Below, piece by piece: positions 29,801 to 40,200 of a stretch of 64,000 nt of DNA. The notes under the pieces are model-generated. The model did not search any database, was not told where the DNA came from, and saw nothing but the letters and a program-made list of their open reading frames with translations. Every line of letters starts with the position of its first letter. The stretch's first letter is position 1. A program made the translations under genes and the position numbers. The DNA comes from a virus (lineage: Duplodnaviria; Caudoviricetes), in the IMG/VR virus record IMGVR_UViG_3300028048_001452; one strand, given 5' to 3'.

Positions 29801-31865
29801 AAATGCAAAAATAATTCACCAAGCAAAACAAGAAGAAAAACAACATGATATGCGTAATCCTGAAGAATTAGCAAAAGCAACTGATGAAAATGGTAATGGC
29901 ATGGAACAAGGTTCTTCTGTTAAAACTGTTGAAAATGCAGATGGTTCTATATCACAAGTTCCTATAAAAGATATAGAAAAAGCTAAAAAAGAAGCAATAG
30001 GTTCTTCTATGGATGGACAATATGTTGTTGGTGTTGAAACAGGTAATGCTATTAATTGGACTACAAATGGTTCTTCTGGGAAGAAAACATATGAATTTGT
30101 TTCTGCTTCAGAAGCAGCTATGAAAACAGATGCACAATCTGTATATTACGTTGAACAGGTGTCTCGTTCTATGAGTCCGACAAATATTTCAACAATGACG
30201 TTGACATTAAGTTGTGGACGAATGATGGGTAAGCCTAGTGTGATAGACTATATGTTGTTGCTATATAAACCATTTTTTGACCCTGTTTTGGGTTTCTGTG
30301 CAGATATTACAGAAATTAATCAATTAGTAGAAAAATATAATGGTAAAACAAAATCACATACAATATTATCTTCTGATAGTTTGGTAAATATTGCATATAA
30401 TGAATATGGATTAAAAGGCGGTTATCAAGATGAATATACTGCGGAAGATTTGAATAATAAAACTGCGGAAGAGACAAATGGTGAAGAAAATAAATATCCG
30501 TATTCATTAGAAAATTTATGTAATGAAGATGAATGTAGTAAATTAGTAATTAATGGAATTACTAATTTCGATAATATACAATCAATCAAATTGATTGATT
30601 TTATAAATTTATTTAAACGTGTAAAGGCTTATACAGGGGATGCTTTTACTAACTTAACATCTATTGATTATGGTTATGTTGCAGGATTTTCGGAAGATAG
30701 CCCAAATGAAAGACGTGTTATATTTAGTTTTATTACATTTATTTTTGATGGCAATAAATCCGAATGGTGTACTGTTAGAACAGGCTTTGGCGGTACAAAA
30801 AACCCTAATTATAAATGGTTATTGGAAGCAGATGCAGAGGATGAATATAAAAAGAAGTATGGGATACTTTGTAATCATACTGCTATTAGCGCTATAGAAG
30901 TATTTGATACATGGGCGCAATCAACTTGGACATATAATTTAAGAGACAAAATTCACAAAGAAGGAGATAATAGTGAACTTGCGCTAGTTGCATGGAATAA
31001 AGATATAGTATCTGATTTGTTCCAAGATAAAATTACTTCTGCTTCAGATATTGATTATAATAAAATTAAGGTAAAAGAAGAATCGGAAGGACAAAAGAAA
31101 ATTGATGAATTATATAAAGCTATTATTGCGTTAAATGTTGATAAATTTGGTAATTCATTAAATATTAATGAAATACAATTTAATGGAATATTAATGGCTC
31201 ATGTTGATGAAGCAATTATTATACCAAATGAAATTATTTTAGATAGTGATGTAGATACATCTAAATCTAATGATAGTCCCAAAGATGTTGATGAAATAGT
31301 AGAAGCTACAGATGAAGAAAAAGCAAAATTTGGGGACGATGTTGTAAAACACCATATTATTAAAGATGGTCAATATAGTACTAGATATGAAGGAAGTAAA
31401 ATGACTTCACAATATTATTTTTCTGAACATCAATTTGAAGATGCAACAGGTATGATTGATTATAGAAATAATAAAAATGTTCGTGAAGCCTATGAAAAAA
31501 GTCATGAATTAGATAGTACAAATAATTCATATGAAGTTCATGAACATATTAAGGTAAAATCTGCTGGTGGAGATTTAATTGGTGTAGATGTTGTTAATAC
31601 TTCTTCAACTTCTGATGGTAACAATTTAAATACAAAAGCATCTAAATTAACATATATAAATTATGATTATGAAGATGGAGACCATGCATTATATCATGCA
31701 GATGTAACAGATAAGGAAGGAAAACCAATTCATGCTTCGGTAGCTACAGGAATAGCTCAACAACTTGGATATGGTGGTCATAATAATATAGAAGATTTTG
31801 CCACACATGCTACAGGTTATACAGTACAAAGTGGTGGATATGAAAAAGTAAATAAAGATAAATAA
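26853..31865 (+). CDS. Baseplate hub (gp27/gp44-like) with LysM-like inserts
   Basis: QIFFGYIDTV, ITATDQL, LEFFADEEGNIVLK, YYVEQVSRS; LysM-like YTVKSPDTFTSIA and HTILSSDSLVNIA. Confidence 0.65.
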   Translation: MSSDNQKTNKSDFDNTKNSMAFNAATTHGTYDTGTYYTNGNMEMNVGQDILDGSTFRKYEHQDRLVGTQLQYRNSGNLKVINFKQDYVVLIRKKLFYAANANMMVKDGATMTDGNYVRSYKLDNWTSIRTNISIAGTPGNCQIDLKGGERVLCWEEMSIDNQGVPKVTETYNGMVSDEWPDNNAQVRDANNDILNTPNIKDTATVGKNINNASNAEQAKAIQDVADKANKLDCDVEERELNDDYNWSATKSEDGQFRIITIKSKKADENGKIGEKTIKLPIGKTKSPNGLGGDVILNNLHNGYKIAEKCDWEPMDEVWVYGKSNFERDGSGDFKMNQIFFGYIDTVSKSYQSGKTNGCTISITATDQLKILDLSYLTMNPSMTPGASGAGGLDLRFSNQDVKHFGTFELFNPFAVTQMIGLNCDANTASEAQKQVLRSAWRYFTLNNIFAGKPVHEIIKELCLDAGVPPWYLKKRIEPIMFPPFTYSFKQSNSQMLFNASMMKRLAECQSAAKKLMLEFFADEEGNIVLKCPNYALGVNSKPANNMGLSDSCSMINNIDIDKIAPYYAVSNGGAYTEEILKDMPPEKKKEAQELLNSHNAQLVQQYFNTKAQEEIYSLSKGKTYAERQKDTNSMLETMDNSLNTNEIRNLNTLNKQLSSFNNSSYGNSGNYVQYTVKSPDTFTSIANEVLGNPDGWADMYNQAKAQYPEIKNQDDCQAIYGKTIMIDKNRLYASNNGIVDGSDALLAKNKFKEKYGDDESTWLAKAQAEDDANIAKAKQMLGGKSALYETKVRQQYSDTLSERTDALIPEIPQEYITSFQLTDTDKNIYNMYEINIEGDFGVFDKGGPLQKISRVFPDIASMIRFGCRPAPGAISFPYMGNRENAHMLGFMMCAKSLAQRNCGSLSMIEDSFIKVGNPIRFFAYDEHPDIPLSEQKGDAGQDNSVLNEMSAKKEPGLSSDKSLEVTEKEHYAGLQQEFDREKENAKIIHQAKQEEKQHDMRNPEELAKATDENGNGMEQGSSVKTVENADGSISQVPIKDIEKAKKEAIGSSMDGQYVVGVETGNAINWTTNGSSGKKTYEFVSASEAAMKTDAQSVYYVEQVSRSMSPTNISTMTLTLSCGRMMGKPSVIDYMLLLYKPFFDPVLGFCADITEINQLVEKYNGKTKSHTILSSDSLVNIAYNEYGLKGGYQDEYTAEDLNNKTAEETNGEENKYPYSLENLCNEDECSKLVINGITNFDNIQSIKLIDFINLFKRVKAYTGDAFTNLTSIDYGYVAGFSEDSPNERRVIFSFITFIFDGNKSEWCTVRTGFGGTKNPNYKWLLEADAEDEYKKKYGILCNHTAISAIEVFDTWAQSTWTYNLRDKIHKEGDNSELALVAWNKDIVSDLFQDKITSASDIDYNKIKVKEESEGQKKIDELYKAIIALNVDKFGNSLNINEIQFNGILMAHVDEAIIIPNEIILDSDVDTSKSNDSPKDVDEIVEATDEEKAKFGDDVVKHHIIKDGQYSTRYEGSKMTSQYYFSEHQFEDATGMIDYRNNKNVREAYEKSHELDSTNNSYEVHEHIKVKSAGGDLIGVDVVNTSSTSDGNNLNTKASKLTYINYDYEDGDHALYHADVTDKEGKPIHASVATGIAQQLGYGGHNNIEDFATHATGYTVQSGGYEKVNKDK

Positions 31866-31876
31866 GGTGTAAAAAA

Positions 31877-32086
31877 ATGAATATATATAAAAAATATTTT
31901 GATGGTATAAAAAGTGGTAGTATGCCAAAATCTTTATCTTCTATTAAAGATAAGGTGAATGGTATATCAGGATTAAAAAATAAAATATCTTCCGCTAAGA
32001 GTACTTTATCAAGTAAAATTAATTCTGTTAAAAGTGGAGCTGTTAATAAATTGAAAAGTGGTGCATTAAAAAAATTAAAGAAATAA
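31877..32086 (+). CDS. Small Lys/Ser-rich hypothetical protein
   Basis: AAGGTG RBS, tightly packed in the operon. Confidence 0.65.
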   Translation: MNIYKKYFDGIKSGSMPKSLSSIKDKVNGISGLKNKISSAKSTLSSKINSVKSGAVNKLKSGALKKLKK

Positions 32087-32097
32087 GGTGATATAAT

Positions 32098-33171
32098 ATG
32101 TCTAAAGGGCAAACTTCTGAAACTTTTCCATATATAGACGATTTAGGACCATATCGTTGGACAACTGTGCTTGGAGCTAAAGTTAAACAGTATAACCCTC
32201 GTTTTATTTCTAAAGAAGAAATTCAGGAACACGTACAAAAATTAAGGAGACAACAAGCAACTCAAATATCCACAGGAACAAGTGAAATTGTGAAATCTGT
32301 TGATAATTCATCAAATTTAAAAACAGGCAATATAATAAATAATGGATTAAAAGACGCCAATAAAGCAGTTCAAAAAGCAGGTAGTGTTTTGCAATCAGGA
32401 ATGGGAGGATTAAAATCTCAAGCAGAAACATTAACTAGTGGTAAATTAGGGTCTAATATTGGAGCTGGGGTATTAGGTGGAGAACAAGGTAAAATAGCAG
32501 AAGGAGCAAATAAATTAAACAATTTAAAATCAAAAGCGGCAGGATTAAAAGGATTAGGTAATATTGGTAATTTATTAGGAATTATGGGTGGTACTGCCTT
32601 ATTATCTAAAATGTCAGGAGTTTTAAATAAAATTCCTGCGGGTAAAATTATTGGACAAATTGCGGTTGTTGGTGCATTAGGCGCAGCTATTGCTAAAATA
32701 TCACAAAAACATACCAATGCTACATCAGGTCAAGCTAAAGAAGATGAAAAAGATAAAGCGGTTGATAAAGATGGTAATGAAGTTGAAGAAGATGATAATG
32801 ATAATACTTCTCCTGAACCAAAAGAAGAAAATAGCACTAATGAAACAACTGATACAAAATTAAATGGATATTTACCTTCTAAAGAAATGACAGAAATAGC
32901 AAGTAGTCCATTTAGAATGCAACAAACACAACAAGCATTACAATATACTGAACAGGCAAATATTTGTAGAGGAAAAGGTCAAACAAATAAAGCAAATATA
33001 TATGATAAAATGGCTTTAGAAGCGTCTATATTAGCAACGACTCAAAAATTAAATTATACAGATGAAACTAAATCTCATGCACAGAAGATGATTTCTGAAT
33101 ATAAGCAATATCAAGAAGATAAAGAAAATGCATTTAAAGAAGCGTTTCCATCAGGTAATGTATATAAATAA
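32098..33171 (+). CDS. Hypothetical virion protein (Gly/Lys/Ala-rich helices)
   Basis: RBS, operon context; C-terminal motif shared with 24765-26825. Confidence 0.65.
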   Translation: MSKGQTSETFPYIDDLGPYRWTTVLGAKVKQYNPRFISKEEIQEHVQKLRRQQATQISTGTSEIVKSVDNSSNLKTGNIINNGLKDANKAVQKAGSVLQSGMGGLKSQAETLTSGKLGSNIGAGVLGGEQGKIAEGANKLNNLKSKAAGLKGLGNIGNLLGIMGGTALLSKMSGVLNKIPAGKIIGQIAVVGALGAAIAKISQKHTNATSGQAKEDEKDKAVDKDGNEVEEDDNDNTSPEPKEENSTNETTDTKLNGYLPSKEMTEIASSPFRMQQTQQALQYTEQANICRGKGQTNKANIYDKMALEASILATTQKLNYTDETKSHAQKMISEYKQYQEDKENAFKEAFPSGNVYK

Positions 33172-33182
33172 GGTGATGATAA

Positions 33183-33725
33183 ATGAATTTAGATACTAAA
33201 GATTCGTATGAAGGCAAAGGACATAATATTGTATCAGGAGAACAAGATAGTAATATTGTTCAAGGGGTAAAAGATAATGCAAAATCTGTTGCTCAACAAA
33301 CAACAGGAGCAGATTTATTAGGTAAAGCAAAATCATCCTTAATGGATAAAATAGCCAGTAAATTACCTAGTGCAATACAAGGTGTTGTTAAAGCCAAAGG
33401 TGCAAGTGTAATTGGCAAAATGGTTGGAAAAGTAGCTGGTAATGCAATTGCAGGAAAAGCACTTGGAAAATTAACAGGAAAAATAGGTGGATTGGCTAGT
33501 AGTGCAATTAATGGAGCTATATCTAAGCAGGTTCAAGGAATTTTGACAAGAGTACCTGGTCAGAAAGGCATTAAACAAGCACAAAAAGTGTTAAAACAAA
33601 ACAAAACTAGTGGTTCTTCTACAACGAAATCTAGTTCTGATACAAAAACAAAAACAAATGCTAAAAGAAATAGTGGTAATAAAATAGATATTTCTAAATT
33701 ACCAAAAAATATAATAATGCATTGA
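33183..33725 (+). CDS. Hypothetical Lys/Gly/Ala-rich protein
   Basis: AAGGTG RBS, operon context. Confidence 0.65.
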   Translation: MNLDTKDSYEGKGHNIVSGEQDSNIVQGVKDNAKSVAQQTTGADLLGKAKSSLMDKIASKLPSAIQGVVKAKGASVIGKMVGKVAGNAIAGKALGKLTGKIGGLASSAINGAISKQVQGILTRVPGQKGIKQAQKVLKQNKTSGSSTTKSSSDTKTKTNAKRNSGNKIDISKLPKNIIMH

Positions 33726-33729
33726 AAGT

Positions 33730-33760
33730 AAATATACCAACATAGTTGGTATATTTTTTT
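33730..33760 (+). terminator. Intrinsic terminator
   Basis: AAATATACCAAC-ATA-GTTGGTATATTT plus T run. Confidence 0.75.
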
Positions 33761-33844
33761 ATTAGGAATGAAATTAAAGGACTAATCGTTAAGCATCCAA
33801 AAACATACGCAAGTTGTATGTGTTTTTAGAAGGAGGAAATATAA

Positions 33845-34774
33845 ATGGCTCAAATTACAGAAGTTGATATGCAAGATTATAGTACTAATATTCAAAATTT
33901 ACAAGCAGATATAGTTGAACCTCCAAAATCAAATACTCTTGCATTGGACGCTTCAAGAAATAATTTGGAAAAATATTATGATGTACAAATTCGTGTAGGG
34001 CAAATAGATTACCCCGGCAATGAAGTAGTTAGCCCTTTTACTCGTGACCCGACACAAGTAAAAGGAATAGTAAATAATATAGAGAAAAAAGTAAGTTTGC
34101 GTATTAATGATATAAATTTAGGTATGGCAGATGTTTCAGGAACAATAGGAGAACAAGTACCTGAAAAAAGTTATAATGTACAAGACCAAAGAACGTATCA
34201 TGTAAAAAATACTGATGATATACCAAATGTTCCATTAACGTTCCCGTTTATATTTACAAATGCTTCTACATGGTGTGGATTTAATTATTTACCTCCTGCT
34301 GGGTGTAAGGTTTTAGTTGGTTTTGGTAAACATAAAGCTCCATATATATTAGGGTATTTAGCAGAAAATGTAAAAATTATGTCTCCTGTATTATCACCTG
34401 GTGAAATTATGATTAAAGGATTAGGAAACAATTATATACATTGGGGTAAAGATGGAGTTTTAACATTATATGCAGGTGCAATTGAAGGGGAATTAGATAA
34501 AAACGATTATTCAAAACAATTAACAAATAAAGAAACTGCTTCTTGTTCAATTGTTTTAAATGCAAATCAAGGAGAAATTATTTTTTCTACAAATAATTCT
34601 CAAATGCGATTAAATTCACAAGGAATTAGTATGTCTTATACTAGTGGAAGTAATGCTTCTATGTTTAATTTGAATGAAGGAATTTCTTCAGATACAACAG
34701 GTAATATTTCTAATAGTAGTGCTAGTCAGACAACGAATACTCCGAAAAATTCTGATAATACTGGTGCGAAATAA
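33845..34774 (+). CDS. Baseplate central spike (gpV/gp5 OB-fold type)
   Basis: GFNYLPPAGCKVLVGF..PYILG then PGEIMI and a beta-strand-rich C-terminus; precedes gp25-like and gpJ genes. Confidence 0.65.
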   Translation: MAQITEVDMQDYSTNIQNLQADIVEPPKSNTLALDASRNNLEKYYDVQIRVGQIDYPGNEVVSPFTRDPTQVKGIVNNIEKKVSLRINDINLGMADVSGTIGEQVPEKSYNVQDQRTYHVKNTDDIPNVPLTFPFIFTNASTWCGFNYLPPAGCKVLVGFGKHKAPYILGYLAENVKIMSPVLSPGEIMIKGLGNNYIHWGKDGVLTLYAGAIEGELDKNDYSKQLTNKETASCSIVLNANQGEIIFSTNNSQMRLNSQGISMSYTSGSNASMFNLNEGISSDTTGNISNSSASQTTNTPKNSDNTGAK

Positions 34775-34788
34775 AAGGTGAATTTCAA

Positions 34789-35274
34789 ATGTCTATAGAT
34801 GCAGAGATTTTTACAATGTGTGACCATTATACAGGTGGAAAACAATATATTCCTGAAAAATGTCCAAAATGTTTTGGAAAGGGGTATTATTACGATATTT
34901 CATACGATTTACAAGGTCATGCAAAAGTTGTAACAGGAACAATTAAATTGCAACAAGAAATGTTAAAAATTATTAATGATGTAAAAGGTAATAATATATT
35001 TTTTGAACGTTGGGGTTCTGAACTACATGGATTAATTGGTAGCAAAAAATCACTTTTAACTAATTCTAAATTGCAAATGATGATAATTACATCATTGGAT
35101 TATTTACAAATGTTACAACGTCAGCAAGACGTAACATACAAAAATATGTCACAAGATGAAATATTATTAGGTGTACAAAATATAGAGATAGCAGATTATA
35201 CAGTAGGATTTGATGTTTCTGTAACAATTGAAAACGAATCAAATGACATACTTAGTCAAACAATCTTACTGTGA
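34789..35274 (+). CDS. Baseplate wedge gp25/gpW-like protein with N-terminal Zn-finger
   Basis: KLQQEMLKI..FFERWGSELHGLIG; CPKC; precedes baseplate J. Confidence 0.65.
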   Translation: MSIDAEIFTMCDHYTGGKQYIPEKCPKCFGKGYYYDISYDLQGHAKVVTGTIKLQQEMLKIINDVKGNNIFFERWGSELHGLIGSKKSLLTNSKLQMMIITSLDYLQMLQRQQDVTYKNMSQDEILLGVQNIEIADYTVGFDVSVTIENESNDILSQTILL

Positions 35275-35290
35275 AAGTTGGTGAAAGTAA

Positions 35291-37267
35291 TTGATAAAAC
35301 AAAGAACTTTTGATGAAATTCAACAATCTATTCGTAATAATATTAATGATAGAGACCAGCGTGTAGATTCAAAACCAGGTACATTTATTTCAGATGTGTT
35401 TGTTCAACCTGAAGCAGATGAATTAGCATCTGCTTATATAGATATGAAAATCTTGGAAATAAATCAATCTATTAATACTGCTTCAGGATATAATCTTGAC
35501 CGTTTAGGAATGAACTATTTTACTTATCGTATGGCAGGTGCTAAATCTACTGCAAGAGTACGTTTTTATATAGAAAATTCCAACAAATTATCACTTAAAG
35601 AAAGTGATTTACCTGAAGAAGTTTATATACCTGTAGATTTTGAAGTAGCTACAACAGGTTCTTTAACTGTAGACCAAATTGTTTTTAAAACAACTGAATC
35701 CGCATATATGACACAAAAGCAAATATTTGATAGTGCATATGTAGATGAAGGTACAGGATATAAATATATAGAATTACCTGTTGTTTGCGAAGCTATGGGT
35801 TCAGGAGGTAATGTAGTAGCAGGAGAAATAAATAGTATTTATAGCGATGCTATAGATGGTATAGTAGCTATTAGTAATCCTTTATCTGCTATTGGTGGTA
35901 AAGATATTGAATCTGATACATCATTAAAAATGCGTATTATGCTTGCGGTATTAGGTGCTTCTATTTGTACAAAAAATGGTTATCTTAAATGGGCAATACA
36001 AAAAGATAATGTAAATGATGTAAAAGTAATCGGTGCAGGGGAAGATTTAATGTACCGTGATGGTGGATTTATTAATTCCGCAGGTTCATATTCTTATGGT
36101 AGAGGTGGCATGGTAGATATTTGGATTCGCGGAGAAATGCCACAAGAATATACACTCAATTTTGATGTTTCAGATAGCTATAAAACAGGTAAAGGATTGA
36201 CAGGAGACTATGAAGGAATTGCTTGTCATGATATTATATTACCAAATCAACCAGTTTTAAATATAGTATCAATTAAATCAAATAATACAGATTATGTATT
36301 TGAAAATGCAGATAAATACGGAATAGAATATGGTTACGATAGTCACTCTATGTTGACTAGGACATATTATAAAGATATTCTTTGGGATTTTGGTACAACA
36401 GGTTCATTTACGGATACAGAATATTATCCAATGGATTTAGTTGATGAAACAGAAATAGAAATATTAAGAAAACAGGTTAATAAAGAATTATTAGAGTTAG
36501 CTCCTGAAATGGAAAATGTTCGTGAATCTTTGAATTGGTATTTAGCAGATTATGAAGATTTAAATTTATATGATATTACACCAATGTTTAGAAAAGTTAG
36601 TATTAATAAAACAGTCTATAAGGTTGTTGCAGTAGATAAACGTTTAAATGGAAGAACATTTATAAAGAAAAATAATAAAATATATCTTAGAGTATATCAG
36701 GAACCAGATTATGTATTAGTTCCTACTCCATATTCAGAAGAAGATAAATCTAAATCACAATTAGGAAAAGATTTAGGTGGTTCTATATATGCTACTGATT
36801 GTATTCAATGGACCAATACAGGTAAATCAAAATTACAATCAGGTGATACGTTAGTTATTACATATACAACAAATAATTTAATAAGATTTTTACAAAGTGA
36901 AATGGATGGCATACGTATACTCACCGCAGATATTTTAATTCGTCAAGCTAAAAAAGTAGATATTCAAGTAATTATGAATGTAAATATAGATGATACTTTT
37001 AATTCTAATATTATCAGAAATACTATATCTACTGCTATAAATACATTTGTTAATTCATTACAAAAAATGGGGTCAAGTATCGAAGATTCTGAATTTGTAG
37101 CTTTAACGAGAGGACTAGATGGTATTACCCACGTTGATATAGATAATGTAACTTTATGTAAAGTTGGGCAACAAGATGTAAATGAAATTAAATTAGAAAA
37201 AAATGAATATTTTAATTTAAAAGATTTATTTCTTACATTAACTAGTGCAGGTTCAGTAGATAATTAA
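35291..37267 (+). CDS. Baseplate J-like wedge protein
   Basis: TASGYNLDRLG, CEAMGSGGNV, NPLSAIGGKDIESDTSLKMRI, GMVDIWI. Confidence 0.85.
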   Translation: MIKQRTFDEIQQSIRNNINDRDQRVDSKPGTFISDVFVQPEADELASAYIDMKILEINQSINTASGYNLDRLGMNYFTYRMAGAKSTARVRFYIENSNKLSLKESDLPEEVYIPVDFEVATTGSLTVDQIVFKTTESAYMTQKQIFDSAYVDEGTGYKYIELPVVCEAMGSGGNVVAGEINSIYSDAIDGIVAISNPLSAIGGKDIESDTSLKMRIMLAVLGASICTKNGYLKWAIQKDNVNDVKVIGAGEDLMYRDGGFINSAGSYSYGRGGMVDIWIRGEMPQEYTLNFDVSDSYKTGKGLTGDYEGIACHDIILPNQPVLNIVSIKSNNTDYVFENADKYGIEYGYDSHSMLTRTYYKDILWDFGTTGSFTDTEYYPMDLVDETEIEILRKQVNKELLELAPEMENVRESLNWYLADYEDLNLYDITPMFRKVSINKTVYKVVAVDKRLNGRTFIKKNNKIYLRVYQEPDYVLVPTPYSEEDKSKSQLGKDLGGSIYATDCIQWTNTGKSKLQSGDTLVITYTTNNLIRFLQSEMDGIRILTADILIRQAKKVDIQVIMNVNIDDTFNSNIIRNTISTAINTFVNSLQKMGSSIEDSEFVALTRGLDGITHVDIDNVTLCKVGQQDVNEIKLEKNEYFNLKDLFLTLTSAGSVDN

Positions 37268-37288
37268 TTATGAAGGGTTGGGATTATA

Positions 37289-40200
37289 TTGAAAACAGGT
37301 ATTAGATTTACTTGTTTGAAAAATGGAGATAATTTATTAGGTCAAAATTGGGAATATAAGGGCAAAACAGGTGTAGAAGCAATTCAAGAAAAATTAAATA
37401 CAATGTTTTATCTTGTAGATGATTTATCTATTGATTACATTATAGATACATTGTATATAGGAAAAGGTTCTGCGAATGATTTGTATTTACCAAATACAGG
37501 TATTAATGGTGATTTGTGGCCAGTAATTGAAAGATTACAACAATATCAACAATTATCTTCTAAATATAACAAGAAAATATTAATTGAATTAGAGTTCCCA
37601 ACTGATGTAACTGAATATAATTATCAACAATATGCTCAATATGCAGTAGATGTAATTGGTAAGTTTCCATTTATTTCATATTGGCAAATAATGACAACGC
37701 CTGAAGCAATTAATAAAGTTACAAATGAATATAAATGTCCACCAGGTCTATATGTTCAAATAATAAAATATATAGCAGATATTGTGCATACGAATTTAAA
37801 AAATGTAAAAATTGGTGGACCAGGTTCATTTGACGCTATTAATGAATATGTAAATAGTGCATATAAAAATTCTGATAAACAAGTATTCCATACAGGATGG
37901 CTTGCAGAAGCTACTGGTGAGCTATATGGTACGAATACAAAATATGATAATACAGAAAAAGCTGGAATTTTACCTTATATAGATTTTTTCTCTTTTCAAG
38001 GAGATACTAGTACAGGTAAATTCACATATGATACTTTATATTTTGTTGTACAAAAATTGAAAACAGGTTTAGTTGAACAAGCAAATCGTTCAGGCATTTC
38101 ATTTAATGTTCCATTTTTATCAACTAAACAAGGTCATATGGCTGATATTAAATCAAAAAATGATTTGGAATTACAAGCATATCGTGATTTAAAAGAATAC
38201 ATGGTAGACTTTGTATCTGAAGTAATTCCTTTTAAAACACAATTGGTTGATGAATATTTTGATGAAAAAGATAAAAATACAATAAAAAATGTATATGGTA
38301 TCTTGTACTATTACATGAATAAAGCACAAAAACCTGCTTATCAACAATTTCAATTTGTTTTAAATAAATTATCGGAATATAATTCTATTTTAAAAGATGA
38401 AATGATGATAAAGGCAAAACGTCCTTATGATGAATTAGAAGGTGACGTACAAAGTGTTATGTTCATTAATGACAAACAGGATAAAGTGCTAACCGTTATT
38501 TATCCTATTGCAGAACGTAATACATTACCAGGAAATACATCTTTTTCAACTGTTACATTAACACCTGCATTAAATAGAATTGTTTATTTGCCAAATGGTA
38601 ATTCTGTTACTATTACAAATCCAACAGATGTAAATTTTAAAAATTATGATTTTATTATTGTTGAAGAAAATGTAGTTATAGATACTGTAGATAAAGAAGA
38701 TTTACAACAAACGTTAGACTTAAAATTAAATTTTTATAATACATATATTAAAAGATTATTGGATATGGTACCAGATGATTATAATAAAGAAGTATATGAT
38801 ACTAATTTTTATAATCTTATTAGGGCGGTTGGCATTGAATTTGGCGATATGCGTTACGAAATGAAAATGCTACAAGATAACTATTATCTGTCTACTGCTC
38901 ATGGAGATGCTATTTATAATAATTTCGGTGCTATCATTGGCGTTCGATGGAAGAAAAAATGGTCTGAAGAACAATATCGTACTGCGGTTTCAGGAATTAT
39001 AGATGCTTTGTTTCATGGTGCAAATAAACCATCTATGGAAAAAGCAATTAAAGCATATACAGGCTATGATGTAAAAATATATGAATTGTTTGAAGATTAC
39101 GCTCATTATGGCATTCCAAAAGAGTTGAATTGGGATAACCAATATCGTTTTACAGTAGAAGTACAAAAAAATATTGATGATGAAACGGATATTTCAGATG
39201 CTTATGAAGATGTAAAAGAAGCCATTGACTTAACTAAACCTGCGCATACACTACCAATTATTATGATTGTGTTAGTCGGTGAAGAAAATTATCGTGATTG
39301 GTATAAACAAAAATATGGTATAGATTTTAGTCAATCAGATATTAATGAAAATGAATTAATGAAATTTTCAGAAAGTAACCGATATGGTTGGAAATCTTTG
39401 GGATATGATTGGGTATTAGAATCAGATAGTGACCATTTTAAAAAGATAAACGATGTATTTCCAATAGCTCCTAGATATACATTGTATGATAGATATACAT
39501 TGGACTATTTACAAAAGTTTAAACAAAATGTTCCAAAACCAAAAGATGAATTATATGCAGAATTAATTTCATGGTATCAAGATGAATATGATAGAACAGT
39601 TTTAGATACTATGAAAGCATTAATTGAAATGGAGTTTAAAGAAGCAAAATATGGTATTAAACCAACTGCAACTGAATTGACATTGAAAACAAATGGTGGT
39701 TTGCAATATGATAAAGATGGTAATATTATAGGTTGTGAAAAACGAAAAACAATGTCACACAGATATGGGTTTAGATATGCTTTATATGATGATATGTGGT
39801 TGTTATATGAATATTTTGGTGAAGAAAAATATCTTATTGTAAAAGACGCAGAAATGTCTGCGGAATTGATAAAAAAATTATATGAAAAGTTTCATAAACC
39901 TATAGAAGAATATAATGCACATTTGGAATCTTCATATTATGAATTGAAGTTTGGATTAGTTCCTAATTCTCCATATACTTTAATGACATACAAATTAAAT
40001 CCAAGGAATAGAACAAATCGTAAATTAAATAAACATAGATATGCAGTAAAAAATAGATTGCTTGATGAAGTAACAGATGTTATATTGGATAATATAGAAA
40101 CAATTAATCATCCAACAATTATTAGTTCTATATCAGACAAAAAAACTCTTAGTGAAAAAGTGTCTATTACTCCAACAGATAGTATTTCGTTGAATTATAC

